A stretch of 64,000 bases of DNA, taken from positions 9,530-73,529 of the IMG/VR virus record IMGVR_UViG_3300044695_001846. The stretch is one strand, 5' to 3'. Below, piece after piece: positions 39,001 through 47,863 of the stretch. The notes beneath the pieces are model-generated. The model saw only the letters and a program-made list of their open reading frames with translations. It ran no database searches and was not told the origin of the DNA. The DNA is from a virus (taxonomy: Duplodnaviria > Caudoviricetes). The stretch's first letter is position 1. Every line of letters begins with the position of its first letter. The position numbers and the translations under genes were made by a program.

Positions 39001-40585
39001 AGACTTAATAACATATGTTTATAAAGATTTTTCAAGCAATGACTTTAAGCATGTTGGAACTAGAATGAGAATAATTGGAAAAAAGGTTGATGAAAAAAAT
39101 CAAATACCAGATAACGCTACAACATATTTTACAACTGATATAAATGGAGAAGCCTCCTCAATCTCTGGTGGATCTGGAGGTCTTGGTTTTATGGTTGACA
39201 ATGTAACAAAATCTGGATACTATTTTGAAATTATGTCATTGTCTAAAGACATTCTTTCTTCTTTTTCTACAGAAAAAAATAAAAATAGTGTTTTGGAAAA
39301 TATTATATTCTACAAAATTCCTCCACAAAATGTAAGATATCCTCATAATGGAATTGATGCAAATGGAAATGAAAGTGAGTCTATTGTTATAAATGCAGAT
39401 GGAAAAGAAAATTTTGCACAGCCTATAAAATTGTGGGGAACTTTAGCAAAAGTTCTAGTTGACGAAGGCATGTTCTTTGGAATGGATAGAATGGCTTCTC
39501 AAGATAATCCAACAGTACACGATCTTGGAATTGAGTTTGAAAGACGTGGGTCATCTGTTAAATTTTATTTATATTTAAACAATGTTTTAATTGCTACTGT
39601 TATTGACAATAATCCATTGCCATCAGTAACTAGCGATACAGTATTTAGCACATGTTTATTTGTTAGAGGTGGATCTAAGTGCATGTTTGAAAATATATAT
39701 GCCCTAAGAAACAGAGCAATTCAATCAGAAAGTGTAACGGCAATATCTTTAGATAATTTAGGAATCTCTTCAAGAAATAGCTTGGCAGCTTTTGGAGATG
39801 ATAACATATCAATTTCAGAATCATTAAGAAAGTACGCCCTTTCTGGAATTGTTCAGTCAACTTACCTTTCTTCAATTGGAACAGAAAGACCTCCAGGATT
39901 TGATATTTATTTTGAAGAGTTTGGAACTATCATGAGAGAGTGTGCATACTTTAATATCAAGTATGATCAAGCATATCCAGCAATAGTTGCAAGAATGCTT
40001 CCACCACTTAATAATGAAAAAGTTTATACGGTTTCAGGATTTTTGCCAGGATCCTATGGGGCAGAGTTTTTATTGTTTAATAGCTCTGATAGAATAATAT
40101 CTCTTGCTGATAGTTCTGCAAATAAAATAGTTATAACTGGAATTACATTTACACAAAATATATCAAATGTTCTTACAGTTGATGACTATCTTGGGGAAAG
40201 ATCAAATCTGTCAGACCCAATAATTATTGATAATGTCATAAGGTCTCCACAGTTAGCACAAAAGTTCTATGATACTATTAAGAATAGTAGATCCGTTTAT
40301 GGCAAAAAATCATTTTCTTTAAACTCTTTATATGTTCAAAATGAAGATTCTGCAAAAGATTTAATGGGGTGGATGATTGATAAAACAATGAAAAGTAGAA
40401 AAGTAATTACTGTAAATACATTTGGAACTCCTCATATTCAGCTTGGAGATATTGTTAAAATAGATTATGATTTGCCAGAGGGTGTAAAATTTGTAGAAAC
40501 AGATAAAAGATTTATTGTTACTTCTATGAAGTATTCAAGATCCTCATCTGATATAAAAACTTCATTAAACTTGGTGGAGGTGTAA
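36095..40585 (+). CDS. Large tail tip/hub protein
   Basis: 1496 aa; MFFDEYNNF, GTPHIQLGDIVKI are hub-like motifs. Confidence 0.7.
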   Translation: MFFDNDLITHLKTNNSLQVDSLIIAEWNQNDLSNIENYGNYRWRPSSASVDVFRNLAPSYDPNDDGNFYTGALESKYISEYRVDSGSPLTFLTDQEEMQLFYSLKDCFKPFRPRSGINKMLFFGDLDEEKNKHVDSIRSGRRPRYYFCSKNDQFKYWTSYRKDSGVEVGVSSVIARGLNSSFGYEITDSAPFVVYKEQVAANRIVVKMQTNLADDLVLGVDGEPVVSSVIRRENLITNDELSDRSKSSIPKKWKIQYLDSENNWLNAISFDENSLRSDGSDIVPWDGYVEISYGVKIPQEYRENFHFIDYISSSVQLPANTINGEAYILLENDLDPGVLWVWNTVLNDWETSNVEYGFSLLENDDTKRTGIITSLVDPKYFLRNEIPTYRDIVFLKGLRVVVETMVSPNRTFDLIEMSPRLKADVSKYVIDFEINKDIAATDYGLPVGALVASTGQINLSNHDGAFTRLNVFNQDEKTGSIISGNLRPQTKFDFYETVLNVQGYDKFIPLKTFYSENSAESYGGFSDVSLTLRDAFFRFESEMATPIFLQNCTLTMAVAVLLDNIGFGNYIFKNITTANDPVIPFFFVEPDISVAEVLQRLAQSTQTAMFFDEYNNFCMMPKEYLIPDYSISDSNTSISERLVNLYGQKEVGSVPNIEFIAGVDSKIINDGQINYTTRYIQRDVPNLEQAQINPNDRTYSYKSAVLWELGDQDEARTINQPIGKNGYSLGAVTLNAELSSTVPFVENHQIQENIIDVGESGYLLPRFQGYLYANGEIIRYDAQEYQVTGVGTVWITNNNEYQKYFSKLAFNGKMIVTGKLRIYTEPFYQESPGASQDGLEAGVVYKNGAVSSHGRGQFGTSVTSHFHELNPYWASSKQAFRMNSSLLFSTTPTESIKYPPLLTTTAGTRSDDSAKGNAVVSGKIASLLRRTVRAENNSSTVDQLEAGTVQSSALILSGSKTSSQASIPRDLITYVYKDFSSNDFKHVGTRMRIIGKKVDEKNQIPDNATTYFTTDINGEASSISGGSGGLGFMVDNVTKSGYYFEIMSLSKDILSSFSTEKNKNSVLENIIFYKIPPQNVRYPHNGIDANGNESESIVINADGKENFAQPIKLWGTLAKVLVDEGMFFGMDRMASQDNPTVHDLGIEFERRGSSVKFYLYLNNVLIATVIDNNPLPSVTSDTVFSTCLFVRGGSKCMFENIYALRNRAIQSESVTAISLDNLGISSRNSLAAFGDDNISISESLRKYALSGIVQSTYLSSIGTERPPGFDIYFEEFGTIMRECAYFNIKYDQAYPAIVARMLPPLNNEKVYTVSGFLPGSYGAEFLLFNSSDRIISLADSSANKIVITGITFTQNISNVLTVDDYLGERSNLSDPIIIDNVIRSPQLAQKFYDTIKNSRSVYGKKSFSLNSLYVQNEDSAKDLMGWMIDKTMKSRKVITVNTFGTPHIQLGDIVKIDYDLPEGVKFVETDKRFIVTSMKYSRSSSDIKTSLNLVEV

Positions 40586-40586
40586 A

Positions 40587-41501
40587 ATGGCTATAAAAAA
40601 AGAAGGTGGTGGCTCAAGCTCTCCAAAAAAAGTAGATACTTCAGATGCAGCAGATGTAGCAAGAGCTAAGAAAGCGGCAGCAGATAAAGCAAAGGCTGAT
40701 AAGATAGCAGCAGATGCAGCAGCAGAAAGGCAGAGGTTAGCAGATGCGGCAGCAGCAGCAGAAAGGCAGAGGTTAGCAGATGCGGCAGCAGCAGCAGAAA
40801 GGCAGAGGTTGGCAGATGCAGCAGCAGCAGAGGCAGCAAGGGTTGCAGCAGAAGCAGAAAGACAAAGACAGGTAGCGGAAGCAGCACGTCTTGCAGCTGA
40901 AGCAGCAGCAAGAGCAGAAGCAGCACGTCTTGAAGCAATTGCAAATGCAGCACGTCTTGCAGCAATTGCAGAAGCAGCAGCAAGATCTTTAAAAGGATCT
41001 TCAGATTTTGGCGTTGTTAAAAATCCAACTAGAGATGTTTTAAATATTGGTTCTTTAAATCCATCTGCAAATGCAGCAAGACTTCAAACAATTCTTTGGG
41101 AAAATATGTCTGCAATTGAGCTTTCTGCTGTTTTAAGACATGACACGGTAGATGGAATTAGACAAAGGTATGAAATAATTAGCAACCTATCTGAATTAAG
41201 AAAAAGATATGATGCTACAAAAGAACTTTCCGTATTAGATAAATCATCTTTACCATATTCAGAATTTACCATTGACCTATCTTCAAAAATACCAGATTCT
41301 GCATATATTTCTAACAATGGGTTAGATTCAACTTATCAGTATGTTGATACAGATGGGGTATCGATTGTTGAAGTAGAAAAAGGATATATCTACGTTGCAA
41401 ATAATGGTGACATTGTTATAGAATTAAATAATTTATTATCATCAGAAATAGCCCAGGTCCAAATAGACTCTGATGGTACAATGTATGAGGTGAATAATTA
41501 A
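40587..41501 (+). CDS. Tail-associated protein with an Ala-rich repetitive coiled coil
   Basis: ERQRLADAAAAA and AARL repeats. Confidence 0.65.
   Translation: MAIKKEGGGSSSPKKVDTSDAADVARAKKAAADKAKADKIAADAAAERQRLADAAAAAERQRLADAAAAAERQRLADAAAAEAARVAAEAERQRQVAEAARLAAEAAARAEAARLEAIANAARLAAIAEAAARSLKGSSDFGVVKNPTRDVLNIGSLNPSANAARLQTILWENMSAIELSAVLRHDTVDGIRQRYEIISNLSELRKRYDATKELSVLDKSSLPYSEFTIDLSSKIPDSAYISNNGLDSTYQYVDTDGVSIVEVEKGYIYVANNGDIVIELNNLLSSEIAQVQIDSDGTMYEVNN
40710..40830 (+). repeat. Coding tandem repeat, 36-bp unit, about 3 copies
   Basis: GCAGAAAGGCAGAGGTTAGCAGATGCGGCAGCAGCA repeated near-perfectly. Confidence 0.9.
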
Positions 41502-42673
41502 TGATAACTAATGACGGAAAAAACATTATTGCAAAATATTTGCTAAACCAAGCCCCAGAGTTTGCTAGCCATATTGCAATTGGTGTTGGTGGACATGCCT
41601 TACCTGTTGCCTCAGCAAGTTATTCTGCATCTGTTTCTCCAGTATTTTCTAGCACATCCAAATCTCTTGACTTTGAAGCACTTAGAGTTCCAATTTTATC
41701 TAAAGGTCTTATTAAAGAATTAAATGAAGAAACAGATGAGTATGTTGAAAAAATTGTTTTTAAGGCAGAGCTTCCAACTGATCAAAGATTGCAAATTACA
41801 GAAATTGGACTATTTCCCTCAGACTCAAATAGTCTAGCAGAAAGGTTTGGAAGCAAAACTCTTTCATCTTTTACTAATTCTGAGCCGTGGACGTATTCAA
41901 GGTTTGGATCTGGATCTGTTGTCCCATACATTAATGAAGCACTAGACTCTTATGACGGAGAAATTTCTCCAGGAGATATAATTAGACCAGAAGTTGCTAT
42001 GTTTATTAATTCAAATTCTTCAATATTTGACTACACTGATAGAAAAAATAGAAGAGAAGAGCCTAGGTACTTAGACAAATGCTTGATGGTATCTGGAGAT
42101 TTTTCAAAACTTGACTCAACGTTTAATCCTTTAGCAAACTCTGCAAGTGCAGGGTATTATATTGAAAATAGTTCTGCAAGATTAAATCTAGGAAGAAATC
42201 TTCCAACAGATAAAATAAAATTAGCCATGTCTATAGTTAATACAATATCTACAGATAGTGTGGCTCCAAATGGTAATGTTAGAATAATCCTTGAATTCAT
42301 TAACAATACTGTTAATAGTCCAAAAGCTTATTTAAACATAGATCTTCCAGTAAATTATTTCTATGATGCTTTAAGTGGAGATCAGTTTAGATATAAGGTT
42401 ATAACTAGAAGTATTTCAGACTTTGTAATAAGCCCATCCTTTTCTTGGAGTGAAATTGACTTGGTTAGAATTTATGCATCTATAGACGTAGCAAATCCTA
42501 GTCTTTATAGAATAATTTTAGACGGTATTAGACTAGAAAATATTTCTACAATAAATCCATTATATTCTTTAATAGGTGCAGAGTATATTAAAACAGATAA
42601 CGGATACCCAGTTCTTAAAGAAGAAAACTCAACTAATTATATAGAGTATAGATTTGGCTTAGGAGTTTCCTAG
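41501..42673 (+). CDS. Tail/baseplate structural protein
   Basis: MITNDGKNIIAKYL...HIAIGVG...ITEIGLF, typical of tail-collar/baseplate N-terminal domains. Confidence 0.6.
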   Translation: MITNDGKNIIAKYLLNQAPEFASHIAIGVGGHALPVASASYSASVSPVFSSTSKSLDFEALRVPILSKGLIKELNEETDEYVEKIVFKAELPTDQRLQITEIGLFPSDSNSLAERFGSKTLSSFTNSEPWTYSRFGSGSVVPYINEALDSYDGEISPGDIIRPEVAMFINSNSSIFDYTDRKNRREEPRYLDKCLMVSGDFSKLDSTFNPLANSASAGYYIENSSARLNLGRNLPTDKIKLAMSIVNTISTDSVAPNGNVRIILEFINNTVNSPKAYLNIDLPVNYFYDALSGDQFRYKVITRSISDFVISPSFSWSEIDLVRIYASIDVANPSLYRIILDGIRLENISTINPLYSLIGAEYIKTDNGYPVLKEENSTNYIEYRFGLGVS

Positions 42674-43188
42674 TGGCAAGAATTACGATACCTGTTGAGC
42701 AGCTTCCACAACCAGATAAAAATGGAAATCATAATATCCAGTTTAGAATAATATCTGAAGATAGAAATAAAGCTTCTGCTTGGTCAACATTGTATACCAT
42801 AAAAAGTATTGGGCAGTATAGACCCTTGCAGTCGGATGTTGACTTCATCCTTTCTGATTCAGATATCTCTTTAATTTGGGAAACTCCAACAACCTATAAC
42901 TACCACCCCTCACTTGCTTCAGCCTCTATTGGACACAATCATTCAATAAGATTTAAAAAACATCCAACTGATATTTTTGTAAAATGGGATTCTTCAAATT
43001 TTGAATACCACGAAAGAACTGATCAGGACGCTATATCAATAAGCATTCCTGAAACAGCATCTGCTTCTGTTAGAGTTATTGGAACAGTAGCAACACATGG
43101 ATTTGATAGAGACACCATTTCTGATCAAATAGTAGAAGATTTGTCAAACTTATTTTTAATTTTTGACACTGGAACACAATTAATCTAA
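42673..43188 (+). CDS. Ig/FN3-like structural protein
   Basis: FRIISEDRNKASAWS; GTG start coupled to the upstream stop. Confidence 0.5.
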   Translation: MARITIPVEQLPQPDKNGNHNIQFRIISEDRNKASAWSTLYTIKSIGQYRPLQSDVDFILSDSDISLIWETPTTYNYHPSLASASIGHNHSIRFKKHPTDIFVKWDSSNFEYHERTDQDAISISIPETASASVRVIGTVATHGFDRDTISDQIVEDLSNLFLIFDTGTQLI

Positions 43189-43214
43189 AATGGTATAATG
43201 TATTAGGAGAAAAA

Positions 43215-43634
43215 ATGGAATTACCAGATAGAGGTCAACCACTAGATATTTCTTATCTACTGAGAATGGCTACCGAAATTAACAACTTGAATTCAACTAT
43301 TAATTCAGGAAGGACTCAATCTTCAATAAAGTATTTTGGAGAAACTGGGGTAACAGAAGTTGCAACATCTGAATTGGTAATGTATGCATCTAGCCAGCCT
43401 GTAACTGGAAACTCCACCACTGATTCTGGATTGACGACAAGGTTTGATTTTCCTTCAGGTTTTAGAAGAGCTCCAATAGTTACTGTATCTGCTCAATCAA
43501 GTTCTGACAATGTTTATTGTGTAATTAAGTCAGTGTCAGATAGGTCTTGCGAAGTTAAGCTAGTTCTTCCAGCTGGAACCACATCTTCTACTACAGCAAA
43601 TATTTCCATAATTGCAATTGGCGAAAGAGCTTAG
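43215..43634 (+). CDS. Small tail protein with an H-type-lectin-like C-terminal domain
   Basis: FDFPSGFRRAPIVTVS...ISIIAIG; TGGTATAAT (43191-43199) and AGGAG upstream. Confidence 0.55.
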   Translation: MELPDRGQPLDISYLLRMATEINNLNSTINSGRTQSSIKYFGETGVTEVATSELVMYASSQPVTGNSTTDSGLTTRFDFPSGFRRAPIVTVSAQSSSDNVYCVIKSVSDRSCEVKLVLPAGTTSSTTANISIIAIGERA

Positions 43635-43649
43635 AAGAATTGGAATGAG

Positions 43650-44168
43650 ATGTCTAAAGACATTGACATTGGGGTCGTAAAGCCTTCAGAGAAAGTATTT
43701 TTCATTAACGGTGATCTTATAAGAGTTTTGCATATAAATCGTGCTAGCAATATAGTAAAACTATTAAACATTACTAAAGGAAAAGATCAGAGTATGTTGT
43801 ATTCTGATTTTAAAAAACATAGAAAAAGAGCATACTCAGTAATAAGTTCAGCAAAGATATTAAATAGGTCAAGAATAGCATTGCAAAAATATTATTTAAG
43901 CGGTTTGATTCCTGAGCCAGTTGGTGCTAAACTAAATGGAAAAAGAGATTTTAGAGTTATGTCATATTATTCAGAAGATACTCTTTTTGAAATAAGAGAG
44001 ATTATGACAACCATACACCATGGTAGACCGAGAAAAGATGGTAATATAACGCCATCAAACGTTCCAACTGAACAAGACTTGCGTTCTAGAATGGGAGATG
44101 CTATAATGCTTTATACGAAGACATCGGATGGGCGTTTCATTCCGACTTGGCAAGAAGAGACATGGTAG
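43650..44168 (+). CDS. Putative DNA-binding protein (MerR-like HTH)
   Basis: AYSVISSAKILNRS...GLIPEP...YYSED, GRPRK. Confidence 0.5.
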   Translation: MSKDIDIGVVKPSEKVFFINGDLIRVLHINRASNIVKLLNITKGKDQSMLYSDFKKHRKRAYSVISSAKILNRSRIALQKYYLSGLIPEPVGAKLNGKRDFRVMSYYSEDTLFEIREIMTTIHHGRPRKDGNITPSNVPTEQDLRSRMGDAIMLYTKTSDGRFIPTWQEETW

Positions 44169-44177
44169 GAGACCAAA

Positions 44178-44381
44178 ATGTCAGAAACAACAAATGTTTC
44201 AGTAACACTAGGATATACACTTAATCTTGGAAATTTTCAAAGTCTAAGAATTGATATTGGAATTACAGATTTTGTTCGTAGTGGAGAAAATACAGATCAG
44301 GCTCTTGATAGAGTGTATGAGTTTGTGGAAAATAAAGTAATTCAAAAGGTTGAAGAAGCTAAGAAAGAACTAGAGGACTAG
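44178..44381 (+). CDS. Hypothetical phage protein
   Basis: 67 aa, AGGAG RBS, TLNLGNFQSLRID. Confidence 0.7.
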   Translation: MSETTNVSVTLGYTLNLGNFQSLRIDIGITDFVRSGENTDQALDRVYEFVENKVIQKVEEAKKELED

Positions 44382-44689
44382 TGGCGGATAAGAAAGATCG
44401 CTTTGCACTAATATCTAGATATAAGAAATTAACAAAAGAAAAAAACTTAAAAGAAGAAAATATAAATATCCACATTCAGCAATGGGCTGCAGACTCGTTG
44501 ATTGAATCATATGGTATAGAGCAAAGTTATGATCTAATTGATTACTATGTTGGCGTTTCTGCATCACCCACTTGGAAGTGGTTGGTTAATAATGCTGACA
44601 AAGTATACGATGCAAAAAGAATTAAAGAAGAAGATGACGTAGCTAGAAAGTTACTCAGAGAACAAGCAAAGGAATGGCTAAATAGGTAA
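44381..44689 (+). CDS. Hypothetical protein, translationally coupled to the helicase
   Basis: 102-aa ORF with overlapping stop/start junctions on both sides. Confidence 0.65.
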   Translation: MADKKDRFALISRYKKLTKEKNLKEENINIHIQQWAADSLIESYGIEQSYDLIDYYVGVSASPTWKWLVNNADKVYDAKRIKEEDDVARKLLREQAKEWLNR

Positions 44690-45903
44690 TGTCTGATTTA
44701 GAAGCAAAAGTACTATCTGCAGTTTTAAATGATAAACAGATTCATGTGCTTTTTCAAGCAAATCCAGATACCCTATTTAGAACACATAAAGATGTTTGGG
44801 ATTTTGTAAAAAATTATTATGAGCAAAATTCTACCGTTCCAACACAGTCTTTATTGGTAGAAAAGTTTAGAGACTTTCAGCCAGTAGGGGAAATTGGTAC
44901 AACAAAGCATCATCTAGAAGAGTTAAGAACTCAATTTCTTGAAGACCATTTAAGAAATGCATTGATGACTAGTGCAAAGCAATTAAACGATCATCAACCA
45001 ATTGAAGCTCTTAATTCGATAATTTCAAAAACATCAGATCTTAAGAGAATTAGTTCTGATGTAAGAGATATTGATGCAACAGATGTAGAAGATGCTTCTG
45101 CACACTTTATAAACATTAAGGAGTTAAGTGAAAAAGGTATACACGGCGTTAGAACGAACTTGGCAGGTTTTGATAACTATCTACCTGGTGGCATTGCTCC
45201 TGGTCAATTTGGCATTCTTCTTGCTTACCCTGCCATTGGTAAGTCTTGGCTCGCTATTTTTATGGCTGTACAAGCGTGGAAAGCTGGCAAGAAACCGTTA
45301 ATAGTTTCTCTTGAAATGACAGAGAAGGAAGTTAGAAATCGTGTCTACACAATTATGGCTGAAGGATATTTCTCACATAGAAAATTAAGTGCAGGTATGA
45401 TTGATATTGAAGGCTTTGAAAATTGGGCTAAGCAAAATTTAAAAGATAGACCACCATTCTATATCATTTCTAATGATGGTCTTGCAGATGTATCTCCTTC
45501 TGTTATTAGAGGAAAGATAGACCAGTACTCACCAGATGTTGTATTTGTTGACTATATTCAGTTGATGAATTCAAATCAAGGAAATGATAACGAAGTTGTA
45601 AAAATTAAAAATATTTCTAGAGAATTAAAAGTTCTTGCAATTTCTTCTCAAGTTCCAATAGTTGCAATTGCCTCCGCTACCCCTGATGATGCTACAGACA
45701 TGAATAGTGTCCCCTCACTTGGTCAAGTAGCCTGGTCAAAGCAGCTAGCATATGATGCTGACTGGGTTTTGGCTTTGGGTCGTGCGACTGGAAGTACAAT
45801 TCTTGAATGTATCTTTAGAAAAAATCGTCACGGATTTTGTGGAGAATTTATGGTAGATATTGACTTTGACTCAGGTCGCTTTATTTATAAGGATTTTGAA
45901 TAA
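44689..45903 (+). CDS. dnaB: Replicative DnaB-like helicase
   Basis: Walker A AYPAIGKS, SLEM, VFVDYIQLM, ISRELKVLA, YDAD, KNRHG. Confidence 0.92.
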   Translation: MSDLEAKVLSAVLNDKQIHVLFQANPDTLFRTHKDVWDFVKNYYEQNSTVPTQSLLVEKFRDFQPVGEIGTTKHHLEELRTQFLEDHLRNALMTSAKQLNDHQPIEALNSIISKTSDLKRISSDVRDIDATDVEDASAHFINIKELSEKGIHGVRTNLAGFDNYLPGGIAPGQFGILLAYPAIGKSWLAIFMAVQAWKAGKKPLIVSLEMTEKEVRNRVYTIMAEGYFSHRKLSAGMIDIEGFENWAKQNLKDRPPFYIISNDGLADVSPSVIRGKIDQYSPDVVFVDYIQLMNSNQGNDNEVVKIKNISRELKVLAISSQVPIVAIASATPDDATDMNSVPSLGQVAWSKQLAYDADWVLALGRATGSTILECIFRKNRHGFCGEFMVDIDFDSGRFIYKDFE

Positions 45904-45935
45904 AACTGGTTAATTCCATTGATATAATTGATGGT

Positions 45936-46247
45936 ATGTACGCTCACAAGTCAATAAAAAGATTTAGCCTAGATGGTGAAATTTATGATGATTCCCACAT
46001 CATAAGACTTAAAGAACAGTACTACAGCATGATTGTCGCTGGAATGAGATCTGATGGGTATGTTCCAAGATATGATATTGACACAGACTTTACAATTAGT
46101 TATAATGGTAAGACATTTAATTTTGAAATATCAATATACGGCGTATATGTAGGAAAGAGAACAGCAGAGTGTATATCAGGGATAGACAAAAACAAGCCAG
46201 TAATGGCTACTTCTACTCAGAAGATCAAGTCAGAAGAAGTCTGCTAA
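45936..46247 (+). CDS. Hypothetical protein
   Basis: 103 aa; TGATATAAT ends 7 nt before the ATG. Confidence 0.65.
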   Translation: MYAHKSIKRFSLDGEIYDDSHIIRLKEQYYSMIVAGMRSDGYVPRYDIDTDFTISYNGKTFNFEISIYGVYVGKRTAECISGIDKNKPVMATSTQKIKSEEVC

Positions 46248-47122
46248 CTGCAGGTATTGATGTAGTCTATGAAGTAGAATCTGACTTTATAATCTTTTGT
46301 CCATATCATAATAATTATAGATCACCTGCTGCAGAAATTTCAAAAGAAAGCGGATTATTCTATTGCTTTGGATGTCAAGAATCTCATTCTCTTATTGAAG
46401 TAATAATGCATGTAACTAAAAGATCATATTTTGAATCTGCAAGGATGATTGATTCTAAGTCAGAGAATGTTAATTTTGTTGAAAGCATTGAGGCAAAGCT
46501 TAATAAGAAACCAGACTTTGTTGAATTTGATAATGAATTAATTAAAAGATTAAACACTTCTGCACTCAATTCACAAAGAGCTGCATCCTACTACCTTGGT
46601 AGAGGAATTACAAAAGATAGTGTTGAAAGGTATCTGCTTGGATACTCTGAGTCTCAAGACATGGTTACAATACCAGTACATTCGCCAGATGGAATGTGTT
46701 TAGGATTTGTTGGCAGGTCTGTAGAGGGCAAAGAGTTTAAGAATACTCCAGGACTTCCAAAAGCAAAGACAATGTTTAATTTGTTTAGAGCAAAAAGATT
46801 TGATAAGGTATTCGTTGTAGAGTCATCATTTGATGCAATACGTTTAGAGCAAGTGGGAGCACACGCTGTAGCAACTCTAGGTGCTTCTGTTTCAGGAAAA
46901 CAAAGAGAACTACTGAAACAATATTTTAATAATGTAATTATTTTAGGAGATAACGATGATGCTGGAAGAGAGATGGCTAAAAAGCTATCAAACATTCTTG
47001 GGTCAAGTGCAATAAATGCAATCCTGCCAGAATCAGTAAAAGATGTATCAGAATTATCAGATGAAGAATTAAAAAAGTTTGTGTCACAATTTGACGATCT
47101 TGTGGCTAATGTGTTACAATAG
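46169..47122 (+). CDS. dnaG: DNA primase (CHC2 Zn finger plus TOPRIM)
   Basis: CPYH...CFGC, VVESSFDA, GDNDDAG, KDVSE; start position uncertain. Confidence 0.9.
   Translation: MYIRDRQKQASNGYFYSEDQVRRSLLTAGIDVVYEVESDFIIFCPYHNNYRSPAAEISKESGLFYCFGCQESHSLIEVIMHVTKRSYFESARMIDSKSENVNFVESIEAKLNKKPDFVEFDNELIKRLNTSALNSQRAASYYLGRGITKDSVERYLLGYSESQDMVTIPVHSPDGMCLGFVGRSVEGKEFKNTPGLPKAKTMFNLFRAKRFDKVFVVESSFDAIRLEQVGAHAVATLGASVSGKQRELLKQYFNNVIILGDNDDAGREMAKKLSNILGSSAINAILPESVKDVSELSDEELKKFVSQFDDLVANVLQ
47091..47120 (+). promoter_or_regulatory. sigma70-type promoter
   Basis: TTGACG-18 nt-TACAAT with extended TG, upstream of the 47163 gene. Confidence 0.55.
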
Positions 47123-47162
47123 AACAACTGTCCATGTATAGGACAAAATATTAGGAGAAAAA

Positions 47163-47813
47163 ATGGCAATTGTAAAAGGGCTAAAAAATATCGAAGCAAT
47201 GCTAGATAAGCCAAAATTTGAAAATAATGGTCCACGAGTAACGTGGCTTAAACTAGAAGATAATCAGAGTGTATCCGTTCGTTTTGTAAATGAACTTGAT
47301 GGAGATTCACCAAGCTATGACGAAAAGAATGGTCTTGCCATTGTCGTTTCTGAGCACACAAATCCAAAAGATTATAAGCGTAAGGCAGCTTGTTCTGCTG
47401 AAAGCGAAGGTCGTTGCTTTGGTTGTGAAATGCACAGAAAAGATATGAAGGCTGGCTGGAGATCTCGTCTACGTTTCTACATCAATGTTTTAGTTGATGA
47501 TGGTGTAAATGATCCATATGTTGCTGTATGGAGCATGGGTGTTGCAAAGTCTGCAACCTTTGATACAATTCGTGAGTATGTTCAAGATTCGCAAAGTCTT
47601 TCAAGTATGACATGGAAGCTAAAGCGAAATGGTAAGGGAACTGAGACAACCTATATTCTAATTCCAATTAAGCAGGATGAGGAAAAGTTTGATTGGTCTA
47701 AGTACGAGATCCCAGACCTTGAAGTAGTTGTAAAGGAAGTTCCTTACGCTGAGCAAGAGTCTTTCTATCTTGGCTTTGACAATCCATCTGTATCTACTTC
47801 TGTAGATTGGTAA
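47163..47813 (+). CDS. Phage-type ssDNA-binding protein (gp32-like)
   Basis: WLKLED..SVSVRF, H...C...CFGC, RFYINVLV, KLKRNGKGTETTY; acidic/aromatic C-terminus; between primase and polymerase. Confidence 0.65.
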   Translation: MAIVKGLKNIEAMLDKPKFENNGPRVTWLKLEDNQSVSVRFVNELDGDSPSYDEKNGLAIVVSEHTNPKDYKRKAACSAESEGRCFGCEMHRKDMKAGWRSRLRFYINVLVDDGVNDPYVAVWSMGVAKSATFDTIREYVQDSQSLSSMTWKLKRNGKGTETTYILIPIKQDEEKFDWSKYEIPDLEVVVKEVPYAEQESFYLGFDNPSVSTSVDW

Positions 47814-47817
47814 TTGT

Positions 47818-47842
47818 GGTGGGGGAGAAGTACTCCCCCACC
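47818..47842 (+). terminator. GC-rich hairpin between the SSB-like gene and dnaE
   Basis: GGTGGGGGAG-aagta-CTCCCCCACC, perfect 10-bp stem, no U-tract. Confidence 0.6.
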
Positions 47843-47863
47843 CTATACAACTGAAAGGTTAAA

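Noticed and set aside
40710-40830. 36-bp repeats as a CRISPR array
   Set aside because: The repeats are contiguous, have no spacers and are in frame within a coding region.
40666-40983. Minus-strand Leu-rich 105-aa ORF
   Set aside because: It is the antisense shadow of the GCA-rich Ala repeat.
46654-47235. Long minus-strand ORFs (193 aa here; also 54880-55296 and 61172-61615)
   Set aside because: They lie antisense to well-supported plus-strand genes and show no recognisable motifs.
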